Source of the DNA: Spirochaetota bacterium
GTDB taxonomy: Bacteria; Spirochaetota; UBA4802; UB4802
DNA: 64,000 bases
NCBI GenBank assembly: GCA_037481795.1
Contig: JBBFLA010000017.1
Span: 1,423 to 65,422 of the forward strand
Direction of reading: 5' to 3'
Made by a program: the position numbers and the translations under genes
Part shown: positions 30,073 to 40,551 of the stretch, piece by piece
Layout of the letters: every line of letters starts with the position of its first letter
Numbering within the stretch: the first letter of the stretch is position 1
The notes under the pieces: generated by a model
The model's input: the letters and a program-made list of their open reading frames with translations, nothing else
Told to the model about the DNA's origin: nothing
Database searches by the model: none

Positions 30073-30855
30073 TTATGAGTCATAAAGGCCATTACGAATA
30101 CCTTCAATAAGAGCCATAGCGTTTTTCCCCAAATCAGGGAGATAGTAACCACCTTCTAAAATAGCAAATATATGACCTTTGCAGTACTGCTTTGCATGTA
30201 TTCCTGCTATCTGACCAATTGTGTAATAGTCCTGAGTTGAAAGATTTGCACCCCAATCTTTTATATACTGATCAAATCCTGCGCTTATACCTAATATATC
30301 AGCACTACCACATTGCTGTAATCGTGATTTTGTTTCATTGATAAAATCAACAGGGTTAGATGATTGAATATTCAGTACAGGGACATTTGCATTAGATTTA
30401 AAAATTGTATCGGTACCATCGCCAAAATGCAGGTCAATATCAAGAATAATAGCTTTTTGAATGATAGAATCAGTAAGGAGTCTTTTTATAGCAATACCCA
30501 TATTGTTAAAGTAGCAAAATCCCCAGTTATGGTCAGGGTTGGCATGATGTCCGGGTGGCCGTATCACTGCAAAGGCAGGCTTTCCTTCCATTGCCATTTT
30601 AGCAGCGGTAATCGCCCCACCTGCAGCAAGCTTTGCAACTGAAAAGCGCACTTCATCCTGTTTCTCCATGGTTAGCAAGCCTTCAGAATGGCAAAGAAGT
30701 ATATCATCGTCGGTGCAGCTTGTGGGGTTAATTATAGGGTAACTATCGCCCAATTCCTTCATTATTTGGTGTACACGTTGGGGTTTTTCCACTGATGCAG
30801 TTACATAGCTGGTTGTAAATAATGAGTCATAGACTATATAAAATGGACGTTCCAT
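30073..30855 (-). CDS. Histone deacetylase-family (Zn-dependent) protein
   Basis: RPPGHHA, GFCYFNN, DIDLHFGDG, SAGFD, LEGGY. Confidence 0.9.
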   Translation of the reverse strand: MERPFYIVYDSLFTTSYVTASVEKPQRVHQIMKELGDSYPIINPTSCTDDDILLCHSEGLLTMEKQDEVRFSVAKLAAGGAITAAKMAMEGKPAFAVIRPPGHHANPDHNWGFCYFNNMGIAIKRLLTDSIIQKAIILDIDLHFGDGTDTIFKSNANVPVLNIQSSNPVDFINETKSRLQQCGSADILGISAGFDQYIKDWGANLSTQDYYTIGQIAGIHAKQYCKGHIFAILEGGYYLPDLGKNAMALIEGIRNGLYDS

Positions 30856-30932
30856 AGTAAACCTTTTATAAAATATAATAATGAATGGTATTAATTATGA
30901 TATGCTTTCAAAGAGTAAATGTCAAATAAGTT

Positions 30933-31520
30933 TTAAAAGGGGCGTTCTTTTACGTTAAATTGCCACAGCTCAACCAGTTTTTCAAATTCCTTGTCTTTGG
31001 GTTTACCTTCATAGGCTTTATTCCGCCGCTTTATAAGATACATAACGGTACTATCTTCAAGTAAAAATTTTTCTCCCAATTCATTGAGTTTACGGATACA
31101 ATAATTTAGATTATACGTCTGAAAATCACCAATATGTTGCGACGATGCAATGGTTGGCTCAAATTTCATTAATAGCTCGGTAAAGTATAATGCAAGCCGC
31201 CATGAATCTTTACTACCACCAAGACCAGCTTTTAAATACATGCTCAGCTTTTCATATAAATTAATATTGTGATAGTATGATTCAAACACAATAGATATCA
31301 ATTCCGGGAAAAGATTGGTAATTTCTATTAAATCAATAGGCTCATTACGACGTATAAAATAATCAAAAATCTTTTTACTGGTATCATTATCCAGGGGCTC
31401 CGGGTCAATGAGTTCAACAAACATATCTTTTATGATAGTACGCACTTTACCTGCTTTTTTCAGGTATATCTCTATTTCTACCGGCTCAACGTAATAGTTT
31501 ATAGGGTCTTTAACTTCCAT
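30933..31520 (-). CDS. Hypothetical protein
   Basis: 195-aa ORF co-directional with its neighbours. Confidence 0.75.
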   Translation of the reverse strand: MEVKDPINYYVEPVEIEIYLKKAGKVRTIIKDMFVELIDPEPLDNDTSKKIFDYFIRRNEPIDLIEITNLFPELISIVFESYYHNINLYEKLSMYLKAGLGGSKDSWRLALYFTELLMKFEPTIASSQHIGDFQTYNLNYCIRKLNELGEKFLLEDSTVMYLIKRRNKAYEGKPKDKEFEKLVELWQFNVKERPF

Positions 31521-31537
31521 GTATGGTTACCATGCTC

Positions 31538-33799
31538 TCACTTATTGTTTTGTTTAGCTTTTAATTCGTTTATCTTTTGTAGTAATAGTTTAACTCTCTC
31601 TTTGTGTTTGTTATGTATGGCTGCGTTCATGGCTTTTTGTGCCAGATGGTCATCAACAATACCTTTATCAATTTTTTTCTCTAATTCATCTATTAAAGTA
31701 TAAAAAACAATGTTGAGTGTAAATAATTTTCTTTCTGATATGCCCCACAGAGTGTCACCTGGTTTTACAATGACAACCTCACCATCTAAAAGAATAAATT
31801 TGTTGCCAGGGTAAATCCAGTGTGGATTTTTTTCTTTAAGGCTTTTGATGTCTATACGGCTGTAGCCATTTTTCACTGCCACATCATTAGCGTAGAAAAA
31901 GATATCTGTATCAGAGACATGGATAGAATATTTTTTAGTAAGATATTCAATATAGCGTGCCTGCCGCTGGCGCTCCTCTTTTGCTTGATACAGTGTAAAT
32001 GCGTGGTAGCTTCCCACTATAATGAGTATAGCTATAGCTATAAAAGCTACAATAATTCCTGCTTTTTTCAAAACAGCTAAACGCTTTTTCAACTTCTCTT
32101 GAGCAATGAGTGATAAATCAAGTTTTTGTGTTTGTGTAGTTTCCTTTTTCCGTTTGTTTATTGCTTTTTCTATACTTTTAGCTTCTTTTGCAATAGCCGT
32201 GTTTTTTGAATAGAACAGGTCAAGCAGCAATTCTAATCTTTTGCGGTCTTCAATGATACGGTTAAATATATCAGTCATTGCATGTGGTTCAGGAAGTGAT
32301 GGCTCATCTAATTGTTCAATGGCGCCAAATGGATATTCCTGAGACACCTCTACTGGTTCGCATGTCATATATGCATACGAATTGTGCAGCATAATCGTAT
32401 ATTTGTATCCATCAGGCAATGGGCGTGATTGTATTTTATAAAGCAATTTTTCAATGCGTTTGTACAGGTTGCGGTCAGTTGTTGAGTGGAGTATAACACG
32501 CAGCGTTTGCATACTGTTAAAAAGTATATGGGGCGATAGTTCCTGTGAAAACAGCTTTTCAATTTCATCAAAATCTTCTTCTGAAATAGCTTTTGCCAGT
32601 TCCTTGTTGCAGCATGAAAGCATTTCAGATAATAGTTTTTTTTCATCAAGATAGTACCGTACATCATATTGATGTGAAGCAGTACAGTACAGAACATCCT
32701 TAATGGGTACTCCTTCACGGTTACTATCGACCACAATAACAGGTGAAAGGTTAGTACAGAGCATTGCTGCTTTTTTATAGATTGCATAGTCAATGATATA
32801 CAGATTGGCAGCAGTTTCTATGGCCTCGGTTATACCTGATGGGTCATGTATGTAGACAATAGTAACATCCTTTGTGGCAGGTTTTACATTTTTTAGTGTA
32901 ATAATACAATTATGTGATGATGCAATGTTGTGTATGGTTATGCCTTCAGGATTATCGCACACAAAATTTTTTGATGATTTATAATGCAGTGTGCACTGGT
33001 TAAAAAGCTTTTGCAAAAGTTTAATTTCATCATCATTGTCATAAAGTATCCTTAGCCTCCCACCTGTTGCGTTTTTCCATTTTATAAGTGGAACCAGTGG
33101 CATGCTAGTGGTGTTTGTGATTATGACATCACGGATATTTGCTGGGTCAATCTGAAGTTGTGCAAATGCACTATAGTAGCGTGTTGGGATATCAATAGTG
33201 CTGAAAGAACTATTTTTATAAAAAATGGTAGCATTATCAGTTATAACAAAACCGCAACCAGCATATCGTGAATTTTTGGAATATTCTGATAGCTTGGTGT
33301 GGACTAAAACATCGCCAGGATATTCCTTGTGGATTTCTTTTAAGTTAAACATTGTTTTCTGGTTGTGGAGTATCTTAAAGTTACTATCGGTATAAAAAAC
33401 CCCTAAAAATGTTTCTTTGTCAGAGATAATCTGTTCTTTTGAAAGCTGGGGTATGTCTTCTTCAATGTCAACGATGGTTGCATTATTGAGATCAAGCCCA
33501 AAAAGCTTTTGAAATTCAAGATAGCGCTTTACAATAAGCTTACTACCAATATACCGATTTGACGAAAGATAGCGAGGGTCAATGTTATACTGTTCACAGG
33601 CTGGGTTGCCAGTTATAAGATCAGTAATAATGATATTCTCAATTAAGGGGATAATACGCGGTGTTAGCGACAGGCTATTGCCAATGCGTATAAATGGCTT
33701 TTCATCTTCTAATGAATCGCCGGTAAATACAATGAAGCATTCAGGTGAAATGATAAATAGTCTGTCTTCATCATTTTTAATTATGTCTTTGAGTTCCAT
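31538..33799 (-). CDS. Large membrane protein with C-terminal LysM motifs
   Basis: One TM near residue 590; NPHWIYPG and VKPGDTLWGIS LysM signatures; large N-terminal cytoplasmic region. Confidence 0.8.
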   Translation of the reverse strand: MELKDIIKNDEDRLFIISPECFIVFTGDSLEDEKPFIRIGNSLSLTPRIIPLIENIIITDLITGNPACEQYNIDPRYLSSNRYIGSKLIVKRYLEFQKLFGLDLNNATIVDIEEDIPQLSKEQIISDKETFLGVFYTDSNFKILHNQKTMFNLKEIHKEYPGDVLVHTKLSEYSKNSRYAGCGFVITDNATIFYKNSSFSTIDIPTRYYSAFAQLQIDPANIRDVIITNTTSMPLVPLIKWKNATGGRLRILYDNDDEIKLLQKLFNQCTLHYKSSKNFVCDNPEGITIHNIASSHNCIITLKNVKPATKDVTIVYIHDPSGITEAIETAANLYIIDYAIYKKAAMLCTNLSPVIVVDSNREGVPIKDVLYCTASHQYDVRYYLDEKKLLSEMLSCCNKELAKAISEEDFDEIEKLFSQELSPHILFNSMQTLRVILHSTTDRNLYKRIEKLLYKIQSRPLPDGYKYTIMLHNSYAYMTCEPVEVSQEYPFGAIEQLDEPSLPEPHAMTDIFNRIIEDRKRLELLLDLFYSKNTAIAKEAKSIEKAINKRKKETTQTQKLDLSLIAQEKLKKRLAVLKKAGIIVAFIAIAILIIVGSYHAFTLYQAKEERQRQARYIEYLTKKYSIHVSDTDIFFYANDVAVKNGYSRIDIKSLKEKNPHWIYPGNKFILLDGEVVIVKPGDTLWGISERKLFTLNIVFYTLIDELEKKIDKGIVDDHLAQKAMNAAIHNKHKERVKLLLQKINELKAKQNNK

Positions 33800-35483
33800 A
33801 TCCCTCCATTGCCATAATGTGTGATGTTGTTTTTATAATTGCAATAAATTCATTATTATTTTTTGCATTCAGTATTTGTGGTACCACATTAGGATTTGAA
33901 CATAGCTGAGCTAACTTTGATATGATAAAAATCTGCACATCATTATCGTATTGAGGTGTAATAACAAAAAAAATTACTTTTGCTGGTTTGCCATCAGGGG
34001 CATCAAAATCCAGTCCCTGTGGATGTGTTGCGCATATAACGACAGGTTTTTTACATTCGGGAATGCGAGCATGGGGTATGGCAACATGCTGACCTATGCC
34101 GGTACTCATCAGTTGTTCGCGTTGTATTATTGCACGTGCAATCTTTTGTGCATCATACCCATAGTGCTTTTGTATGTGCTGTGATACTTGTTGTATCAAT
34201 TCATTGCGATTTGTGCATGTGCAATTAGGAATAAAATTGTTGTCTAAAAGTTCAATCAGGGAAACATCTTCTTTGGGTTTGAGTATTAATTTTAACAGTG
34301 GTCCTGACAACAGTGAGGTTGTAACAGCCATGACAACAATAGACGAGTACGTTGTGACATTAATAATTCCATACTGCAGTGCAAATATCCCAATAATAAT
34401 TCCCATTGTTCCGCTGGTACTCATCCCAACCCCTATAGCTAAAGAATCCCTGAATGTATTGTTGCTGATTTTGCCGGCAAAAAGGCTGGCGATAATATTT
34501 GAAATGAATACAACTAATGTAATCATACATGCCTGTATCAGCGATAGCTGGGTGATAAGATTAATCCCCAACCCAATTGAAACAAAGAAAAGCGGTGAAA
34601 AAAAGTTATCTATAAATTGATTGATAATCTCTTTGGTATGTGCGTTGAGGTGAGGTGAGTCGCCCAATATAATACCACCCAAAAAAGCTCCTAAGAAAGC
34701 ATGAATGCCAATGGCCTCGGTCAATGATGCCAGAAACATCGATAACACCAAACCCAGAGTTATGACTCCACCAGGCCATTCGGTGCGTGCCTGAACTATG
34801 GGAAGCAATTCATTGATGACATAGCGAAAAATTGTTAAAATGACAATTGTTAGTAATAGCGTTAACCCCAACGATGTGATAATAGAGAGTGTTGCAATAG
34901 AACCGGTTTCAACAGCCTTAATTAATGATGAAAAAAAAATCCAGCCGGTGATATCGTTAACCATAGCGGAGGTTAAAATAATCATTCCCAGGTCCGAATG
35001 AAAAATTTTAACATCCAGCAGTATTGTGGCAATGACAGGAAGTGCAGTAATGGATGTGACAATAGCAAAGAAGATGGACGCTGGTAAAGATTTATATGTG
35101 CCTGAAAAGGCTGGTATATACCACGATGCAATAAAACCAGCAATAAACGGAATAAGTATGGAAAATACACTAACAGCAGCAATTGATCTACCCTGTTTGT
35201 AAATTGATGAAAGTTCTACTTCAATGCCAACTTTGACCATAATAAATAGTAAGCCTAAAAAGATAATTCCCTTTAATAGTCCGGTTGAAGGGAATAGCCA
35301 GGTAAAAAAATTGGGTGCTATGCTGCCTATAACTGTAGGACCAAGCAAGATCCCTGCAATAATCTGGCCTATGACGGCAGGCATTTTTAAGCGTATGAAT
35401 AGTTCGCTAAAAAATTTTGCAACAATCAGCATTATGCTGATTGAAAGTAATAATGTTAATATTTCATTGGAAGATACATGCAT
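33777..35483 (-). CDS. Cation:proton antiporter (CPA2) fused to a PTS EIIA domain
   Basis: IAGILLGPT, TALPV, VNDITGW; C-terminal REQLMSTGIGQHVAIPHAR and FDAPDGKP. Confidence 0.9.
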   Translation of the reverse strand: MHVSSNEILTLLLSISIMLIVAKFFSELFIRLKMPAVIGQIIAGILLGPTVIGSIAPNFFTWLFPSTGLLKGIIFLGLLFIMVKVGIEVELSSIYKQGRSIAAVSVFSILIPFIAGFIASWYIPAFSGTYKSLPASIFFAIVTSITALPVIATILLDVKIFHSDLGMIILTSAMVNDITGWIFFSSLIKAVETGSIATLSIITSLGLTLLLTIVILTIFRYVINELLPIVQARTEWPGGVITLGLVLSMFLASLTEAIGIHAFLGAFLGGIILGDSPHLNAHTKEIINQFIDNFFSPLFFVSIGLGINLITQLSLIQACMITLVVFISNIIASLFAGKISNNTFRDSLAIGVGMSTSGTMGIIIGIFALQYGIINVTTYSSIVVMAVTTSLLSGPLLKLILKPKEDVSLIELLDNNFIPNCTCTNRNELIQQVSQHIQKHYGYDAQKIARAIIQREQLMSTGIGQHVAIPHARIPECKKPVVICATHPQGLDFDAPDGKPAKVIFFVITPQYDNDVQIFIISKLAQLCSNPNVVPQILNAKNNNEFIAIIKTTSHIMAMEGYGTQRHN

Positions 35484-35516
35484 CAGTGTGATTCCACAAT
35501 ATTTACAATTGTATTG

Positions 35517-36074
35517 TTAACTATAAATGACTGCTAATATCTTTGCTGGTGAATCGGTTGCCGTGTCCACTCTATGTGGTACTATTGAATCATAGTAAAT
35601 ACAGTCACCGGGATATAAAATGTCAGAGTAATCGGCCAGTTGTATTTTTACCTGGCCTTCAAGTACATAGATAAATTCTTCGCCTTCGTGGCTGTATGGC
35701 TGTCCGCCGGTAACAGGTTCAAGCGTTACAATAAAGGGCTCCATGTGCCGGTTAACTTTTTCAGGTGCAAGCGACTCATAGGTATACCCATACCGTACAC
35801 CTTCTTTTGATGCAACTCGTGAAGTCAATTGGCGCTCACTGCTTCGTACAATAGTAAATGGTGCCTCTGTTGTCTGGCCAAAGAATCTTCCCATTTCTAA
35901 GTTGAGGGCATGGGAAATTTTTATTAACGCGCCCAATGGTGGAGATATAAGATGATTTTCAATTTGTGAAATAAATGCAGAAGAAAAACCAGTCTTTTCA
36001 GCCAATTCATTTAATGACATGCCTTTGGCTTCACGGAATTCTTTTATTTTTTCGCCAACTTTTATTTCAGTCAT
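35517..36074 (-). CDS. XRE-family HTH plus cupin transcriptional regulator
   Basis: SLNELAEKTGFSSAFISQIEN; HEGEEFIYVLEG...GDCIYYDSIVPH. Confidence 0.92.
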   Translation of the reverse strand: MTEIKVGEKIKEFREAKGMSLNELAEKTGFSSAFISQIENHLISPPLGALIKISHALNLEMGRFFGQTTEAPFTIVRSSERQLTSRVASKEGVRYGYTYESLAPEKVNRHMEPFIVTLEPVTGGQPYSHEGEEFIYVLEGQVKIQLADYSDILYPGDCIYYDSIVPHRVDTATDSPAKILAVIYS

Positions 36075-36322
36075 AGGTTTGCTCCTTTGAAGAATAGGTG
36101 CTCGTATGTATTACTAGTTTCAGGATTTTATAAAAAAAGTCAAATAGAAATAATACATAATGATAGAATACATAGTACAGCTTCCAGTATCATTTTGATA
36201 AGTTTGGGCGCATGACGCATTTGTGGGGGCCATATGATATGGAAAGCGGGCGGCCGGCAATAGAGGTGGAGTATGTGGGGGCGATAGTAACTGTAGATGG
36301 TATTGTTTCACCGCAGAAGGCT

Positions 36323-36775
36323 CTATTTAGTGGCCAATTTCACCAATTCCGGCGGTGGTCCCCAGTAAAATTGACAACACGGAATGCCTTCTTCAAGATA
36401 AAATGAAAATGTGTAGCCACTAAAGCGATAGTTATCGGTATTATCTTCACTGTCTAAAGCTGCAAGATAATCATAAAGATAATTCTCTACACAATAGGCT
36501 ATAACCTTTGCCAATGACATCTTACAAACTTTCCGCACATCCATCACAAACTCATACTCATTTTCATACAAATATAAATGCACCCGCTTCCAAGCTTGAT
36601 ACCGCTTTCTATAACTCAATCGTGAATAACTTTTTACCGGGATGTGTTTATACGACAGCACATAGTTTATGAAATTAATAATAAACGTATGAAGCGATAG
36701 TTTACGGATAGTGGCATTTTCTTGTAAAAGCTCTAAGTGTTCATAGGCAATACAGGTAGTCGTTTCTATATTCAT
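36323..36775 (-). CDS. Hypothetical protein, probable tandem ribbon-helix-helix (DUF1564-like)
   Basis: Two strand-helix-S-helix units; GGGG RBS-like run upstream. Confidence 0.65.
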   Translation of the reverse strand: MNIETTTCIAYEHLELLQENATIRKLSLHTFIINFINYVLSYKHIPVKSYSRLSYRKRYQAWKRVHLYLYENEYEFVMDVRKVCKMSLAKVIAYCVENYLYDYLAALDSEDNTDNYRFSGYTFSFYLEEGIPCCQFYWGPPPELVKLATK

Positions 36776-36944
36776 ACATTTCCCCCAAAGTATATATATG
36801 ACACAACAATACTGCTACGAGAATAAATTGCAAGTACAAAAACTATGCAAAGAGAAATAGTATGAGCACTGAAAAAGAGAAACCATCTTAAGGTATTCAG
36901 TATAAGTGGGATAGGTGCTTTTGGAAAGTAAGCAGGGAATATAT

Positions 36945-37566
36945 ATGAACACAATGATGTATGGCACACGTGATGGGAAATTAATTGAGTGCATCACCGA
37001 CCAAAATGGCAACAGTAAGGACTAACACAAAAAAGTATCACAAGGCAATAAAATGATGGCGGCGTTTTTTTACCGAGCACCGGAGCATCACGGTGGAAAA
37101 GGGCGAGGACTGTTTGAGTTCCGATTAAAATCGGGGCGAGTTCCGCAGCTTCCACCGTGAGCAAGCAGTGCAGGGTATCCCGACGCACGTCGTGACAAAA
37201 AACGATAGCCGCCAAGACTTAGGGCAAGGGGATAGCAAAGGGAATGGGGGCTGTCGCATGAAGTCCCCGTTGCCATTGTGAAAAAGATTGACAGCATGTA
37301 AAAACGGCGTGGTGATGAGTAACAATGCAGTAAAGAGCATTACGCACAACTATACGTACGATAGTTTGTATCGGATGACGGAAGCAGAGGGGACTATACA
37401 GGAGAATGGCACAACGGTAAATAGTTACAGCAATAGATTTACCTACAGTGCCATAGCCAATATTATGAAGAAGCTACAGGTGGTGAAGGTGGCAGGGAAA
37501 GATGACCCCGGGCTAACGTATTATTACAGCTACCGATTCGTAAGCACTAAAAAAGGAGCAAAGTAA
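36945..37566 (+). pseudogene. RHS/YD-repeat gene remnants
   Basis: Fragments ITDQNGN (36945-37025) and HNYTYDSLYRMTEAEG...FTYSAIANI (about 37315-37566); no intact gene. Confidence 0.6.
37057..37274. other. GC-rich, highly structured element (nested long hairpin plus downstream hairpin)
   Basis: Pairings tggcggc/gccgcca, cgtttttt/aaaaaacg, tcacggtggaa/ttccaccgtga, ccgatt/aatcgg, cgacg/cgtcg. Confidence 0.6.
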
Positions 37567-37621
37567 CGATTAAATTGATAAGAAAGAGTCTGGTTACTAC
37601 CAGCAATGATAGGCCAATCTC

Positions 37622-37873
37622 GAGGGTGTCTCAAAACACACCTCTTTGCAGTGACTTTTGTCTTCCTGTCTTTGCGAGGAACTCTAGTGACGAAGCAATC
37701 CCATAGTTGCGAGCGCCGCAGGCGCGTGGCAATCTCATCTTCTGTGGCATTTAGATTGCTTCCCCTCGACAGGCGCTTACTGAGCTTGTCGAAGTACTCA
37801 GGACAAGCGATGCGCTCGCAATGACTTTGCACCCGCGTCAATGCTATCCCCAAGGTTTGTTTTGAGACGGCCC
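37622..37873. mobile_element. MITE-like element with IS1182-type ends carrying REP-like hairpins
   Basis: Imperfect terminal inverted repeats gagggtgtctcaaaac / gttttgagacggcccc; internal ttgcgag...gcaatc and ctgagcttgtcgaag modules. Confidence 0.6.
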
Positions 37874-38031
37874 CGTTGGGATGCGTGCAACACTTCGACA
37901 ATCTCAGGGCAGGTGACCTGAAGGGATGCTATTTTGCACTATGCAGGTGGAAAGATTTATATACAGTAACTATCGCCAAGCATTAAAATAAAAAGAAAAC
38001 CATTCCGTGGTTTCAGTGTAAAATATTACAA

Positions 38032-38766
38032 TTAGTTAAAAAGATCATGAAGAAAATCTTTATATGTATTTATTCCCTCTTCCAATTTATTTACCACTGC
38101 TGTCCCAATAATAAATCCATCAGCATACTGTAATGCCTGTGCTATGTCTTCTTTGTTCTGAATGCCAAATCCCAGGAGAACAGGAATCTTTGCAAAGGGT
38201 TTTGCAGTGGTAAGTATATGTTTAATCTCGTCACTGATAATAAGAGTGCTACCAGTGGTTCCCCTGAGTGAAACAGTGTAAAGAAAGCCCGTTGCCTGTG
38301 AACAAATATTTTGAATTTGCTCTACAGTAGATTCAGGTGTAATAAAATGAATGTAGTCTAAATTGTATGCTTTTGCATGTTCAACAAATCGATAAGATTC
38401 AACATACGGCACATCAGCCAGTATAATCCCATTCACACCATGTAGGGCAAAATTTTGAAAAGCAGTATCAATGCCGTTATGAAAAACCTTATTGGCATAC
38501 GTCATGATAAATATTTTTTTTGATTTGTCGTGATTAGTAATATAGTGGTTCAATTTGCTACAGCTTTGTAAAACAGCTTCTGTTGTTACACCAGCTTCAA
38601 GTGCTTTGTGGGATGCTGATGCAAGTACCGGTCCATCGGCTACAGGATCGCTGAATGGAAGCCCTATCTCAATAAAATCAAAATAGCGCAGTCCTTCTAT
38701 TGCTGCCTGCAAAAATGTTTCCGGGTCAGGATAATTGCCAACTAAGTAAAATCCATTGTATTTCAT
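38032..38766 (-). CDS. trpA: Tryptophan synthase alpha chain
   Basis: [33 protein letters not shown]. Confidence 0.95.
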   Translation of the reverse strand: MKYNGFYLVGNYPDPETFLQAAIEGLRYFDFIEIGLPFSDPVADGPVLASASHKALEAGVTTEAVLQSCSKLNHYITNHDKSKKIFIMTYANKVFHNGIDTAFQNFALHGVNGIILADVPYVESYRFVEHAKAYNLDYIHFITPESTVEQIQNICSQATGFLYTVSLRGTTGSTLIISDEIKHILTTAKPFAKIPVLLGFGIQNKEDIAQALQYADGFIIGTAVVNKLEEGINTYKDFLHDLFN

Positions 38767-39938
38767 ATATCCACTTCCTTCAATATAGTGTCTAAGTCTT
38801 TATCACCACGGCCAGAAAGATTAATGATAACCGATGCGCCGACAAAATTGTCTTTGTTTTCAAGTACATAGCCTAACGCATGGCTGCTTTCAAGAGCCGG
38901 GATAATGCCTTCAGTGCGTGTTAGTGTGATACAAGCATCCAGAGCTTGTTTGTCGGAACATGTTGCATATGTAACCTTATTGCTATCTTTCCAAAAGCTA
39001 TGCTCGGGGCCAACTGCCGGATAGTCAAGCCCAGCCGAAATAGAATGCACATCCATTACCTGTCCGTCATCATCTTGTAACAAATAGCTTAATGCACCAT
39101 GCAGAATCCCAGGCTTTCCTAAAGTAAGCGATGCACAGTGCCCTCCGGGATACAGCCCTTTACCACCAGCTTCAACACCAATGCACTGTGAAGAAGTATT
39201 AATGAATGCATGGAAGAAACCTGCAGCATTGCTGCCGCCACCAACGCAGGCAACACAATATTCAGGCAGCTTCCCTGTAATTGTTGAAAACTGTTGCAGT
39301 GCTTCATTGCCAATGACTTTTTGGAAATCCCGCACAATCATTGGAAATGGATGTGGACCACTCACCGAGCCAAGCAAGTAGTGTGTATTTTTCACATTGC
39401 GTACCCAATCGCGCAGCGCCTCGTTTATAGCATCCTTTAACGTCTTGCTTCCCGATGTTACCGGTATAACCTGTGCACCTAATAGCTTCATCCGTTTTAC
39501 GTTGGGCATTTGTCGTTCAATGTCAACTGCACCCATATAGATGGTGCACTCCAAACCCAATAACGCAGCAACCGTTGCAGTGGCAACGCCATGCTGACCT
39601 GCTCCCGTTTCAGCAATGATGCGCTTTTTACCCATAAAACGTGTAAGCAGCCCCTGTCCCAGTGTATTATTTAATTTATGCGCACCGGTATGAAGCAAAT
39701 CTTCACGCTTAAGGTAGATATTAATTCCTGTTTTACGGAAAAGATTAGAAGCAAAATACAGTGGCGTAGGTCTTCCAGCGTAGTGGTGCAGAAGGTGGTT
39801 GAACTCTTTTTGCATTGCTTCATCGTTTACAAAGTATGTATATGCTTCTTGTAACTCTATAAGAGCATTAATGAGTGTTTCAGGTACAAACCTTCCGCCG
39901 TAGCTTCCAAAGTATCCGTTGTTATCGGGATATGTCAT
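38763..39938 (-). CDS. trpB: Tryptophan synthase beta chain
   Basis: [48 protein letters not shown]. Confidence 0.98.
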   Translation of the reverse strand: MTYPDNNGYFGSYGGRFVPETLINALIELQEAYTYFVNDEAMQKEFNHLLHHYAGRPTPLYFASNLFRKTGINIYLKREDLLHTGAHKLNNTLGQGLLTRFMGKKRIIAETGAGQHGVATATVAALLGLECTIYMGAVDIERQMPNVKRMKLLGAQVIPVTSGSKTLKDAINEALRDWVRNVKNTHYLLGSVSGPHPFPMIVRDFQKVIGNEALQQFSTITGKLPEYCVACVGGGSNAAGFFHAFINTSSQCIGVEAGGKGLYPGGHCASLTLGKPGILHGALSYLLQDDDGQVMDVHSISAGLDYPAVGPEHSFWKDSNKVTYATCSDKQALDACITLTRTEGIIPALESSHALGYVLENKDNFVGASVIINLSGRGDKDLDTILKEVDI

Positions 39939-40551
39939 GACCGCACTCCTTGATTGTTTTTATTAGTTGTTTCATTTTGGAAATATTTTTTATACCGGGA
40001 CTATCTTCTATGCCACTTGCTACATCAATGCCAAAAGGTTTTAATGTGGCACATAGCTTTTGGACATTATGTATATTTATTCCACCAGAAATAATGGTTC
40101 TATTCAGGTAAGAAAATGATGCAACGCTTCCCCAGTCAAATTGTTTTCCTGTGCCTCCTAATTGTGAGCTATCAAATGTGTCAAAAAGATAATAGTCTTT
40201 TTTATTAATCACAGGGACCACCTCAATGGAAAAATTTTTACTTACCCTCATACCAAAAAAAATAGTAAAATTGGGCGATAGTTCCACGTATAAATCCTCA
40301 GAGTAAACCTGCAGTGCCGCAAGACCTAGTGTTTTAGCAATGGATGCTACGGCAGTAGGACTATTATCTATAAATACTCCAACACTCATTACGCCGTGAT
40401 TATCGCAGATGGCGATACACTCTTTTGCTGTAGTAAAGTTGCAGAAGCGCGGTGAGCCTGTATAAAAGATAAACCCGCAGGCACTGACACCTAAGTTGCA
40501 GGCAGCTTCAACATCTTTAGGCCTGGTAAATCCGCAAAACTTAACAAACAT
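39922..40551 (-). CDS. trpF: Phosphoribosylanthranilate isomerase
   Basis: [29 protein letters not shown]. Confidence 0.93.
   Translation of the reverse strand: MFVKFCGFTRPKDVEAACNLGVSACGFIFYTGSPRFCNFTTAKECIAICDNHGVMSVGVFIDNSPTAVASIAKTLGLAALQVYSEDLYVELSPNFTIFFGMRVSKNFSIEVVPVINKKDYYLFDTFDSSQLGGTGKQFDWGSVASFSYLNRTIISGGINIHNVQKLCATLKPFGIDVASGIEDSPGIKNISKMKQLIKTIKECGHDISR

Noticed and set aside
37530-37901. ORFs across the palindromic repeats (also 62287-62556 and 36994-37349)
   Set aside because: Spurious frames arising from GC-rich repeat DNA.
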